From positions 25,298,001 to 25,362,000 of the forward strand of contig CM075988.1 in NCBI GenBank assembly GCA_038087875.1: DNA of 64,000 nt, given 5' to 3'. The DNA is from Malacoraja senta (Eukaryota). Below the pieces are notes generated by a model. It made no database searches and had not been told where the DNA came from. It was given only the letters and a program-made list of their open reading frames with translations. Both the position numbers and the translations under genes were made by a program. Numbering within the stretch: the first letter of the stretch is position 1; the number at the start of each line of letters is the position of its first letter. Positions 52,366 to 64,000 of the stretch are shown piece by piece.

Positions 52366-52716
52366 GTTATCCCTTTGTCATGCAGTATCGATGTGAGAGG
52401 ATCCATTCTAGAATTTTTTTTTATCGGTTCCTCACTACTGAACCTGACAAATACCAAAGCATGAATTTGGAGAATACTTCGCAAACTAGGATCCATTGTG
52501 ACAGGACATTGCCGATGTGTATGTTCAATTCCCCACAAAGTAGGGCTGGAGGTAGCATCTTTTTTTTGTTGATTATGGAAGACTATCCTCCCAGGAGGGA
52601 CTGCAGAGCAAAAATTATCTCAAGAACAAAAAGCAGAATCAGTAAACATATGAGATGTAAAATATTCTTCAAGATGTTAATTAAAGTTTTGGTAATCATT
52701 AACCAATTTGCACTCT

Positions 52717-53392
52717 CTACACTTCAACACGATACATTGCAGTGTTTCTTCTTTGTCGCTGCCAAGACCACAGGTGGTAGGTTAATATTAGAATTGTATA
52801 AAATAAAAATAATGTCAGTGAACTGTAGAGAATATAATCTTTTTCTGACAACTGCTGCTGATGGGCCCATGCACCTTCAATCTCTGTGAAGAGTGTCTCA
52901 ATTAAACCCACAAGGAGAATAATGCCCCAAACTAAGAGAGGAAAAAGTGGGATGTAGTTCTTGACTCTCTCTCTGCGTCCAGATGTTCCCCAGCCAGTAT
53001 TGGTAATGGTAACAAGAGAAAAGCATTTGATGGGCAGTAACCCACACAGGTAGAAGGTTGGAAACAGGGATAGGTAGATCATCAGTGGACATCTCTTTAG
53101 AGAAGAGGCGTTGATCGCTTTAATGAGTCCAAAGCCATGGAGGCATAGGAGCATCCAAAGAATGTCCCAGAGACACCCGTAGTAGAATAGCTTAATGAGA
53201 GACACGGAAATGTAGAATGGCAAAATCCCCATAGTTACTGCTTCATATGTCATCCACAGACTATGCTTGTGCCAGAAGCGGGAACTGTAGACCCATTCTA
53301 TGATAGATGACTTAGTCCAACGTATTTGTTGATTGAGCCAGCGGATATATTGAGCTGGAGTTTCTGTATAGCACCAAGCCTTGGGCATGTAT
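52717..53392 (-). CDS. HAS1: HAS1-like last coding exon (QxxRW, WGTSGR, C-terminal TMs)
   Basis: actcag|A TAC ATG...; ETP, RWLNQQIRW, WGTSGRR; C-terminus YRVEV* resembles HAS1 YRVQV. Exons sum to 699+226+133+676=1734 nt = 577 aa plus stop, with no frameshift. Confidence 0.93.
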
Positions 53393-54065
53393 CTGAGTGA
53401 AGCAAAATTGCAGTTTAATTATTGGTTTTCCAGAGTTAACTTTAATTTAACAATAATAAAATCTAACAAATGTTTTCTCCAGTCCAATAAGCCAGTTGAC
53501 CATGGACACTGCCATGCCTTGCATTCCAATCCAACTTGTACTAATCTCTGCAAGTGGAAGAGGTTCATTTGAACCAATTTAAAAGTTAGATTATTTTGAA
53601 GAGCACTGATTTAGTGCTCAATATGGTAATGCTATATAAACAAGGATATTTGATAACATTATGACCTTGGCTACAAGAGTGGATATGAGATTTTAAAAAA
53701 TCAAGGTGATGATTCAAGACTTCCTGCTCAAATTACTATCTAGTGATGCTAATTTGAAAGAATGCCAATAATGCCAATTTGAAAGAATGCCAATATAGTC
53801 TGCCAGCATTTGTGAGAAAAGTTTGATCAGATGTCTAATGCCAATAAAACTAAACCTCAGCAAGGAGAAGTGACTTACAAGAAGAAAAGAAAATTTAAAA
53901 AAATAATCATGGCAGAATATTATGGTTCTTTTTCTAAAAATACTGCCTAAGATGAGCCTAATTTAACTAAGCAGAAACAAAAAGCTGACATTTAACATCA
54001 CTGGTTAAAACACAAATCATGTTATCGTATTACACAAATAAGCAAAAGCTGGATTTAGTTCTTAC

Positions 54066-54198
54066 TTGGTGGAATAGCCCAGACTGAGTACCCTGTTAGT
54101 TAAATGACGATCATCCCCAAATGTGCACCGGATTCCTAGGAATCTCTGATTGTACCAGGGCTCCAATAATTGTTGGATCAAATTATTCCTGTACATCC
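54066..54198 (-). CDS. HAS1: HAS1-like coding exon 3 (GDD catalytic motif)
   Basis: Not in the ORF track. tttcag|GG...AA|gtaag, 133 nt; [45 protein letters not shown]. Confidence 0.93.
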
Positions 54199-54720
54199 CT
54201 GAAACAAAGAGTAACTGTTAGAAATAAATATAGATCATGGACAGATTGCTCTGTGATAAACCAGGATTATAAGTGAACATTGAAACAGATTAAAGTCAGA
54301 AAGCAAATCAGTTGAGCTCAGGTGTGTTTATTGACTTTCTCATTCTAACACTCTAATACAACTACAGCCAGCTTCTGGTATGAACTTTCCCCTTTGTTAT
54401 TCCTCATTTGAAATAATGTTTTCATTGTGCAATGAAGCATCATAAAATCTCTTATTCTAGCCAATGGCTTTTGTACTGAATTTCATTTGCTTTTGAAATC
54501 AAAACATGACATTTTTAAATTGTAATTTATCTTCTTGTTCAGGCTTGGTCTAATCTGCACAATAGTCTATGCAGTTGGTAAGTGTTCTAACTGTAAAATG
54601 CTTTATCCTGAGCTATTTTGTGGAAGTATCATGTATACCAGGTGTTTTGGTTTTAATAACTCTCGAGGATCATGACATTCTCAATTAAGTTATTTTACTT
54701 TCCCCACCCCCATTCCTTAC

Positions 54721-54946
54721 CTAAAGGTCCACTGATGCAGGAGACACAATTAAAATAAGACTGGCAAGCTCGTCCTAAATTGAACACAGTCCAATAATGC
54801 AGGCTGCTGATGAAGCTAATGAATGAATCATTGACATTGAGAATTCGCACTTCACCTCCGACTGCTCCACAGCTTTCATTTGAATCCAAAACTTTAACCA
54901 GTTCTCCAGTTGCTTGCGAGTCAAGTTTTGTATCAGAATCACAGAC
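54721..54946 (-). CDS. HAS1: HAS1-like coding exon 2 (DxD motif)
   Basis: ttttag|GTC...TTAG|gtaagg, 226 nt; [37 protein letters not shown]...[17 protein letters not shown]. Confidence 0.93.
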
Positions 54947-55739
54947 CTAAAAGTTATATAATCCTTCATAAAAATATCCAGTTCATTCTTAATTTTATGC
55001 AATTCATTTTTGAATATACATAATCTACTCACATATTGAATATACATAATCTATATGAGATCACAATACAAAATAATTCAATTAATAAGGAAAACCACAA
55101 CAATCTGTATGATAGATGTTCATGATTTTCTAATCTTGTAATTATTCAATTAGAAAATTATGGGTCATGGATACAGATCTGCAAATAAGCATTGGTCTCA
55201 AGTCAAGTTCCAGCAGCCCAATTAAATTAGCCTAGCAAAAAATAACCTGCTGGAGGAACTCAGTAGGTCAAGCATCATCGATGGAGGCAAAGGGATCGAG
55301 GACGTTTCAGATCCAAATCCTGCATCAGAACTGAGAGAACAGAGGTGTGATAGCCAGTTCAAGTGAGAATGAGGGGGCGAGGCAAGGGCTGGCCAGGCGA
55401 TAGTAGGAACCAGGTAAGGTGAGTGATGATGGGCAGATGCAACCAGGTGGGGTAAGGGGAGGGATGAGGTCAGGAGATGGTGGTTGGTGGGTGATAGGGA
55501 GAGATAACTAAAGAAGGGCTGATGGAGCAGGCACACAGATGGAAGGGTAGAGGTAGAGACAGAGGCTGGAAGGTAATACGTGGAAACAAGAGACAGCCAA
55601 TCTGGCATCTGATAAATAAGATGATAAGTGGAATCTGGGAGGGGTGGTGCTGAACCAGAAGGTGAGAGAAAGAATCACAGGAAGTTTGGGTTACCTGCAG
55701 TTGGAAAATTCACTGTTGATACTATTGGGTTTATGTGTT

Positions 55740-56850
55740 CAGAAGAGCATGTCATTTTATATGTCTTTTTTTCTTTTTTTTTTTCTTTTTACAAAACCGA
55801 ATCTGAACTGAGAAATTCAACAATTTAAGTCTGTTTGTCGTCAAGTCCGTTCCACCCTATGAAGGTAAAATAATTTTTATAACGGTTAAAGAGGGAACAA
55901 TTTATGTTGTATAAATTTTCCCCAAGTCTTATCAAATTTAACCAAGGGTTCAACAATGTCACTTCTGATTTTTTCTAAATTTAAACACAATATCGTTTCT
56001 GAATACCACTGGATTGTGGTCGGAGGGTTGGAATCTTTCCATTTAAATAAAATAAATCTGGCAATTAATGTGGTAAAAGCAATCAACTGATGGGCGGAGC
56101 AGGACAAATGAATAGAATCTAACATTGGTAACCCAAAAATTGCAGTAATAGGATGAGGTTGTAAATCTATACCTAAGACTACTGAAATAGTATCAAAAAT
56201 TTCTTTCCAATATTTTTCCAAAAGAGGGCAGGACCAAAACATATGGGTCAGTGATGCCACTTCAGAGTTACATCTATCACAGGTAGGATTTATATGACCA
56301 TAAAAACGAGCTCTTATCTTTTGACATATGAGCTCTGTGAACCACCTTGAATTGTATCAAAGCGTGTCTTGCACACATTGAAGAGGTATTAACTAATTGA
56401 AGAATCCTCTCCCATTTCTCTATAGATAAAGAAATTTGGAGTTCTTTTTCCCAGTCATTCTTAATTTTTATCAAATGTACCTATTTGTAATTTCAATATC
56501 AACTCATAAATAATAGTTATTAATCCTTTCTGATAAGGGTTCAACTGTAAATTGTTTTCCAAAATTTCGGGTTGATGTGGTAGCGGAAAAAGGGGTAGGG
56601 TAGCCTTAAAAAAATGTCTAATTTGTAAATATCTAAAAAAGTGTGAATTAGGTAAGTTATATTTATTGGAGAGGTGTTCGAAAGACATAAAACAACCCTC
56701 CAAAAACAAATCACGAAAATCTACTAATCCCTTCCACTTCCATAACAAAAAAACTTGATCAGTACTAGATGGTCGGAAGAGAAAATTGGATAAAATAGGA
56801 CTCGATAAGATAAAATCATTTAGTCCAAAAAACTTATATGTCTTGAGAAC
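55740..56850 (-). mobile_element. L1/Tx1-clade LINE 3' fragment in a HAS1-like intron, nested in a Penelope-type remnant
   Basis: YNLPNSHFFRYLQIRHF, WEKEL, QFKVVHRAH, C-DR-C…SLTHMFWSC (CCHC knuckle), ILFKWK…PPT; frameshifted; A-rich 3' region. Confidence 0.85.
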
Positions 56851-57998
56851 AGATGCGATGGAGACAGAGAAAATAAGAAAAAGGGTCAAAGTCTGACAAA
56901 GTACTGGATTGGATGAGACATAGTCAAGGGAACTGTGAGAGTGGATTTATAGTATCCTGGATGGTGGAGCTCTAGATTCCAGCATCTGCAGTCTCTGTGT
57001 CTCCAGTAAAATTAACTTCATCTGAGCAGTAGTCAGCGCATATGCAGAAGTATATTAAGCATTGAAGTATTAAGCATTGCAGGTTAAATGGCTATGCCTG
57101 CTGTATCAGTATACCCATATAATTACAACGCCATATCTAGGTTATACGAGTAGATGAGAAGCTACATTCTAAACATCTGTAATGAATATACTTTATAATG
57201 ACCAAGCAGAACCACAATCAAGATGTAAAGAATACTGGAACTGGGCCAAGGTGTTGCATGATATATCAATAACAATTACATACTTTCTGTAGTAGTTATG
57301 ACAGTGCAAGACCAATCAAAAGCCAGAATGCAAACTCGGCTCTGCTATAGGGTCCTTCACAGGTGAGAATGAAACTTTGCATCTAATATGATTAAAGAAT
57401 CATACTACATTTAAACATCGAGGCTTCATAGAGAAAAATCAGCTGGATTGTTTTGATGAAAACTATGCCAAAACGACATTTTCATCTGCCTTATTTCCCA
57501 TAAGACCCATGGTTGTAATTGGGCAGCTTTTCACTTGACAATGTGGCATAGATTCTCAAGACAATTTTTAATTGGGCCTGTAATGTCCCAGAAGCTGTTT
57601 ACTTATATTAAACTGCTAAAGGAGGCCACCACTTTCCAAGAGACTAGGATGGGCACTAAATCACCATGTTCCTCTAATTACAAAATAGGATGGTTCTGTA
57701 AAATTAAAATAGAAATTGCAGCTATGTCAAGCTGCATCCGTGGTGAAAAAATCTTTATTATTTCAGGTCAGATCAGAATCATTTACAGATGATGGTTCAA
57801 TATTCTCTTAAGTAACAACCACTAGGGAGTTATCAAGGAATGAAAAGGAATAATGAGTCATGTGGGTCAGATGGAAACTTTCTTCAGCTTCCAGTTGCAG
57901 AATTTCAGAAGATACTGCATTTTTGTTTGATACCCAGGATAGATTTATATCAATGAAAGGGCAAAATCTAAGAAAACAGTTAATTGCATTGGTCATAC

Positions 57999-58697
57999 CT
58001 GAATGTAATCCACCGAATCGCCAATAGCTTTGAAGGCTGTGTACAACACTTCTCTCTTTCCTCCCTTTTTCTGCATGATGCAAATGCAACGCTTTGTGTG
58101 GATTAGCGACTCCACCTCCAGTCTTTCTGGATTTCCGATACATGCCTCCCCATAAAACAGATTGACAGGATTTCTTTGTGAACTTTTGCTGTTATCGTCC
58201 TCCTTATTCCACACAATTCTATTAAAATTTCTCGAATGATAGTTTCCCTCCCATAAAAATGTTCCGATATCTTCCTCGCAGAAAATCTCCTTGAATATGT
58301 CCATCATGTATTGATCTTCTTTTGAGTTCCCATCAATCACCATGACAATTTTCAACTTTTGGATAGGGTACTGAATGCTCTTCACAGAATTGAGGCACTG
58401 TGCTAGATATGAAGGATCCTCTTGATAAGCTGATATGGTTATCGCCACAGACTTAGTGTTGCAGCATGGTGGAATAATATTTTTCATCTTGTACTGCTCA
58501 ACCAGAGCAAAGATTGTTTGCAAGAAGAAGTGTCCAATGACCAGGGTTCCGTAAATACCAAGCAAAATTAATTTTTCCGCGATTAGGAGTTGAAATCCTG
58601 CGACATATGCCCAAGACATACCAAAAAATAACATCATGGCAAAGCCTATGGTATAAATTTTATGAGCTATTGAAACCAAAGTGTCTTTGTTAATCAT
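57999..58697 (-). CDS. HAS1: Hyaluronan synthase 1-like, first coding exon (TM1-2, N-terminal GT2 domain)
   Basis: GCCATGA start; motifs ISAYQED, MVIDG, GGKRE, YTAFKA.GDSVDYIQ; donor CAG|gtatga; 699 nt. Has the HAS1-type long loop after WEGNYH. Confidence 0.92.
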
Positions 58698-59399
58698 GGC
58701 CGGATAAGGTCAAAGTCGATCAATTCCTATTTACTGAAGAGTAAAAGAAAACCAAAGATTTCTGTTAACATGCAAATAGGCAACAGCAATTTGGAGATAT
58801 ATTGGCCTATTAAGTCTAGACTAATTCTATATATGACAATCATATACACTAATTCTATATATGACAATCTCACTCTACTGCCCTTTGCCCAGGATATTTC
58901 CTTTCAGATATTTATCCAGTTTCCTTTTCAATTCTCTTTTGACTTTGCCATGATTACTACCTCAGTGGTCCATTCCAGACTGTAATGTCTCATTGCATAA
59001 CAGGTTTTTCCTCTTATCAGTTTTGTGTCTTTTGCCAGTCATTTTCATTCTATTTCCTTTCTGTTTTGACCATTTCACACCATCAACCCTGCCAAGATTT
59101 GAAACATTTTATTCTCCCAGTATCATCAATAATCGAATTATAAATAACAAAATATTAGTTTCCCAGTGTTTATATTTTTAGACGCAAACATCCACTAGAT
59201 TTGCCAACTTTAAGTTTATGTAATCGAAAAATAATAGAAATATTTCTGCACTTTAAACAATGACATTACTTGCAATTGATGGGAGAGGTGGATTTCTCGC
59301 CGCTAAAGTTGCATACGGATTATTCTCGCAGGTGTTGGATTGAGTTTCTGGACATTTTTTCGGGCAGAAAGTATCAACCCTTGAGTTGAGGGACGTTAC

Positions 59400-59525
59400 C
59401 TTTGGTTTTCGCTCCAACCGCCCCGTGCGCGCTCCCGACACTGGGTGGAGGGACGGTTGGAAGCGCGTGCACGCGTGCATCTCGCTCGCTCCCGTCGACA
59501 CCGAGCGGGGACGCGCCTGGGCTTT
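59400..59525 (-). promoter_or_regulatory. Putative first (5'UTR) exon / small CpG-rich promoter of the HAS1-like gene
   Basis: Local CpG cluster ending in a donor-like AAAG|gtaacg at 59400/59399; a strong acceptor (ttttcttttactcttcag, AG at 58735-58734) lies 36 nt upstream of the ATG. Confidence 0.5.
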
Positions 59526-60265
59526 CTGAGGGGGTGTGGGTCAGCAATAAGCTCCACTCTTGTGTCAGCATAAAAACCATACTGCAGTCAGTGTGTTACA
59601 TTAATTCATGGAATGGCCAAAATGCTGGTAAATTGACAACATTTTTTAATGTCCTTTACCATCAACAACTGTTACAGTTGAATCCCTTTCCTCGCCTAGA
59701 AGTGTAGTTTTCCATTCATGAAGTCCTGGTTGTTTGAGAAAGGGGGGAAAAAATACTCTTGTTATTCTTCTTTATTACTGTAGGATCGGTGTGTTCAGGC
59801 CAACCTGTCTGTCTATGCTGCCTCTTGGAGCAATTCCACACACCTATAAACTGTCCTCTCACACATGGCCATTAACACCCCTCAGATTTTCCCACCACTC
59901 ACCCAGACCAGGGGCAGTTTATCTATGGTAGCTGATTAACCTACCTACCTGCCAGCACCATCATTGAAGTGTGGGAGGAAACACCACAGGGGTCAGAATG
60001 GAGCTGTGAGACCTCTGTACCATCTGCCATTCCACTGTACCACGTCCAATGGCCTTATTAGTGTCCTGACCAAGGTCAGACCAGACAACTCAGGCATTTC
60101 TGTCATGCATGTCTGATTTTCGTTACCACACTTCCCATTGATCCACCGATTATTTTCTTTTGAGAGGTTATTGACCTAAAAGCTTATTTGTTTCTTTCAA
60201 CACAAATTCTGCTCGATCTACTGAGGTATTCCAGCATATTGTGTTTTTATTCCAAAACCCTGCAG

Positions 60266-60539
60266 GTCAGATCGGGGGGAGTTCCCCCCACCACGGGTAC
60301 CATGTAATCCCGCGCTACCTGCTCCATGGTCGGATTGTCGCCGGCTAAACCGTCTCCCCCACCTGGTTTGCCAGGTGAGGAGGGGGCTGTTGACCCCCAG
60401 CAGGACCAAAAAAAGACCTGTCAAAGGGCGGATGAGCTAGCAAGCCAACGGCCATCCACACTTCAATAGAAGTTGCAATCACTGTCGTACACGGCATTGT
60501 AAGGCATCGTGCCCATTGATGTTTTCAACGATGATGATG
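60266..60539 (+). mobile_element. Short structured retroposon with (GAT)n tail, probably RTE-dependent
   Basis: CpG-rich 274 bp block flanked by CTGCAG duplication (60260-60265, 60540-60545); internal hairpin CACCTGG-TTTG-CCAGGTG; GATGATGATG 3' end. Confidence 0.55.
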
Positions 60540-63500
60540 CTGCAGCCAATGAAACACTTCCAAACTGGTGACTGCTGTAGTTCAAAGAAGCAACCCAAGT
60601 AGGTATATCTTCTGGAGCATTATTCAACATGAGTCATTCTCTCTAGACTACAATCACTCTTCATTTAAATGCCAGATTTAGAAAACGTAGACAAAGAAAC
60701 ACGATCCCCATTAGCTGATGGTACAAGGACTGGGAGTCATAGATTTAAAGCATTCGACAAGAGATACAGGAGATATGGGGAAAACGTTCTGTTATATTCT
60801 ACATCATGAGTACTAATGACCTGGAACTCTGTTTATGAGAGTGGTGGAAGTAAAGACAATGACTAAAAGGAAATAAGTTGCAGGGTCACAGAAGTAAAGT
60901 CGGTAGTGTGGCTGGTCGAATTACTTCACAGAGAGAGGCGTTGGACTTGTAGGCCAACAGGCCTCTTAGGCTTCAATGATTGACTACTTCTTGGTGTTTG
61001 AAGGAATTTGGTCTACACAAATTGGTTCGATGCTCCCATTTTATACTGTGCTTCATAGACAGTAAGGAGAGACCAAAGGCCAATAACAAGAAGTGTAATC
61101 TGTGTTGCCACAAGTTGCATTAATGTTTTGAGATGAATTGTCTGACAAAAAGATGTCTATACAATGTTATGTTGTATGCAGGTCATAGTTTACAATCTTA
61201 GATTATCAGCACCAGTGACAGACAAATTTCCAGCAGTGTTGCTCAGTTTATGAACTTCACACACATTCAAGTTCGGAGGTTCACAAACCACGACCACCCG
61301 ACTGGGATTAGGGTGAAGTTTTTAGACATTCAGTATCACGTTTTAATGAAATCCCAGCAACACCACGTCCCATACCCTTTAACCTTCATTAATTCCTTAA
61401 AGGCACGCTGACTCAGAATAATTAAACATTAAACCAAGTAAACAATTAATTTGACCCCAAAATATACTCTGAACAAAGATATTTAACACTAATAAAACAT
61501 TTATTTGGCAACATAATTTACAGTAGGAAGCAGTAAATAATCAGAGGCAGTTGTTTGTAACAAAAAAAATTGCACATTCTTGAGAAACATTTTTGAATAC
61601 ATAAAAATGAAACAATAATTTAAATACATAAAGCATTTGTTTGAAATACAAGAAACTTGACATGTGAATTGAGGCCTGCCTTTTAGATTTGCAAACAAAA
61701 TTACTACTCAATAACATGCTAAGAACTAGCTCCCCTTCCCCACACCACCCTTCTGACGTATAATCACAAAAGCGCCAGGCTTTTTAATAGTGTGTGTACA
61801 CTATATACACTAAAGTCGTCACTTATTTATTTATGATCCACATATGTATATTGTCTACAAACTTGAGAAAATAGAGAACACCAAGACACACAGGGGTCAA
61901 CTCACTATCAAGACACAATTTAAATACAGAACTAACGTGGAAAATATATTGTGTGTAGGCTTCTATCAAGAGGAAATGCAACATGGTGCTTAACTGACAC
62001 TAACTAAACCCACTTGCGTAGGAAGTGCTGTTTACAAAGTTTCTACGTTATTTTCAAGCCAATTTTCAATTTGTTTCTTAGCACTGAATTCCTCCAACTT
62101 CTCATTCTTTGCTATGTGATATAAATTGGCCACAAATTCTAGAGCAGTTAGCACATGTGTCATTCAAAAACTAAGTTCCTTAACTGGAGAATCCATTTTC
62201 AAAATATGGTCCATCCAAGGTAGCATTTTACACAAGGTGTAAACTTTTTTTTAAACTTATCTTTCTCCTCACATCAACCAACGAAAGGGCAGGTGGTTGA
62301 GCTCAACACAGAATTTTATCACTTGCCTTTTACAAGAACTGGAAGAGCATGTTTTCTGTCCAACAGCTACATTCAATGAGTGCCAATGGCTGCATTCCAT
62401 GTCCACCACACTGGACTAAGGGTCATTGCTCCAATGAAAGATAGGCAGATATGTGAGATATGCATGGTGAAGAGACAGCTCTTGCCACTTGCATGGGAAG
62501 TAGCAAGAGGTTTGAATTGACCATGACTTTGTAGGACAATACAAGGCCAGGAAATGAGGAAATGGAGCTCACCTTGTACAGGACTCTTACAGAGATAATG
62601 GTATCCAAATCATAAAATACACCACTTAAAGAGATAATTCTAGTCCTTGTCAGCTCCATGTAGAAGCAATCAATTTGGTTCTACTTCTCCGGCCTCCTCC
62701 CCCATAGTCATATAAATTCTTTGCTTTCAGATACTTATCCAGCGCCCTTTGACTACTGCAAATGAGTTTGCCTCCACCACATTTCCTTGTCAATGCATTT
62801 CTGCATTTCACATCTAGTTGTTGACTGGTGAAAAAGGATAACCACCCATAAGAAAAAGGTCAAGATCAGATTTTTTAGACACTTGGAATTTGCAAGATGG
62901 TTTCAGAACATGGTGACTCTCTGCCTGCTGTTCCAGAAGAGAATCTATTGTACTGATGTATGGCCTGATAGAATGCAGAACAAGCTTTTTGCAGTATCTC
63001 TGTACACGTGACAATAAGAAACAAAACAATTATTTTTTTCAAGCTGAGTTGGAGAGGCAAATACTTCCTCATGCTCCTCTGAAACATCTAGGCCAATTTT
63101 ATCAGCTAATACTTGAAATTGGAATAAACCTACTGGCGTAGTCTTAAACCCCCCCCCCCCCCCCCCCCCCCCCATAGTTACTGCTAGTCTGATGTACATA
63201 CTTAGCTCAAATGTACTCAAAGGTCTTGTAGCCAAGAATTGTTTTAACTACACTGAAGGTCTGAACAAAAGTTCAAAATAACAACAGGTGCCCAAAGTAC
63301 AGCCAAGAACCGAACTGCTAACTAATCACAATCACCTAGTCAGTCCTACCTCAATGCTATAGAAACTTAGCAAGATTACACTGAGGGAAGGTATAACAAC
63401 AAAGGGAGAGGGCATTGAAGTACTAAAGTACTAGGATAAATGTGCAATGGACAGTAAACTATAAAGTAAATGGTGTGCAATTGATAGATTGTTGGCTTTA

Positions 63501-64000
63501 TCACATAACATTTATAATGACACTCATCTTGAGTGTTAAAGTATGTACGTCAGCAACAATTCAACTCATTTTTTAATGTCCATTTCTAGTGATAGCAAAA
63601 TGAACAGATCTGCAGAAGTAAAATGCAATCGAAGTGAAATATCTTCTTAAATGGGAAAAACGAGGCTCATGGTACAGAGCACAGGGAGAGGTTTAAAAGA
63701 AGAGAAGGCTATACATCTCACAAAGCAGTAGCTAGTTGACCCCAAGCTTGGTTTCAAAGATCAACGAGTTTATCAAGGGAGAACAAAGAATTAATCCGCT
63801 CTGATTGCTTCATTGACATGGTTCAACAAAAAAGCTAATCGTTCTCAAAGACAAAAGGCAATTTTCATTTCCTGATACTGCAAGCAGATCCAAAGACCAT
63901 GGTTCAGATCAGAAAAAAATCCTGAAAAATGCCTTTATACCCAAGAGATTTATCCATAGTAGTTTAATCCTTACTTCAATGTATATGCAACATTGCTGAG

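Noticed and set aside
52116..52889. 257 aa plus-strand ORF overlapping the HAS 3' end
   Set aside because: No recognisable domain; partly the antisense shadow of the HAS last exon; no splice or promoter support.
53747..53796. Short tandem duplications (also ~9981-10022, ~47453-47484, ~57047-57080, ~58820-58870)
   Set aside because: Two-copy 15-28 bp slippage-type duplications in introns or intergenic DNA with no evidence of function.
58935..58944. Minus-strand TGAGGTAGTA, the let-7 5' end (a let-7 cluster might be expected near HAS1)
   Set aside because: Match stops after about 10 nt, no precursor hairpin seen, and it lies in a decayed CR1-like remnant. No miR-99/100 or miR-125 mature sequence was spotted by eye in the window.

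Overview
Vertebrate genomic DNA, most likely a cartilaginous fish (skate or ray; inferred from HE1/V-SINE-type SINEs, dense CR1 LINEs and Penelope-type repeats). Two protein-coding genes lie in tandem on the minus strand. (1) The 5' end of a SORL1-family (SorLA, VPS10-domain) receptor: exon 1 CDS 25337-25591 in a CpG island, exon 2 at 899-1015, a 24.3 kb intron 1, and the rest of the gene outside the window. (2) A complete, frame-intact, HAS1-type hyaluronan synthase-like gene of 577 aa in four coding exons (52717-58697), with substitutions at several normally conserved positions. The rest is repeat-rich: a full-length Passport-like Tc1 transposon with an open transposase ORF, inside a ~7 kb nested insertion stack just upstream of the SORL1-like promoter; many CR1 fragments; Rex1/Babar and L1/Tx1 fragments; hAT and Harbinger MITEs; and an abundant family of short fold-back Penelope-type elements with 13-17 bp target duplications and a hammerhead-ribozyme-like core. 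There is one 200-N assembly gap. Most notable: the HAS1-next-to-SORL arrangement (possible SORL1 ohnolog lost in mammals), the divergent HAS, the young Tc1, and the ribozyme-centred palindromic elements. Family assignments come from recalled sequences, not database searches.
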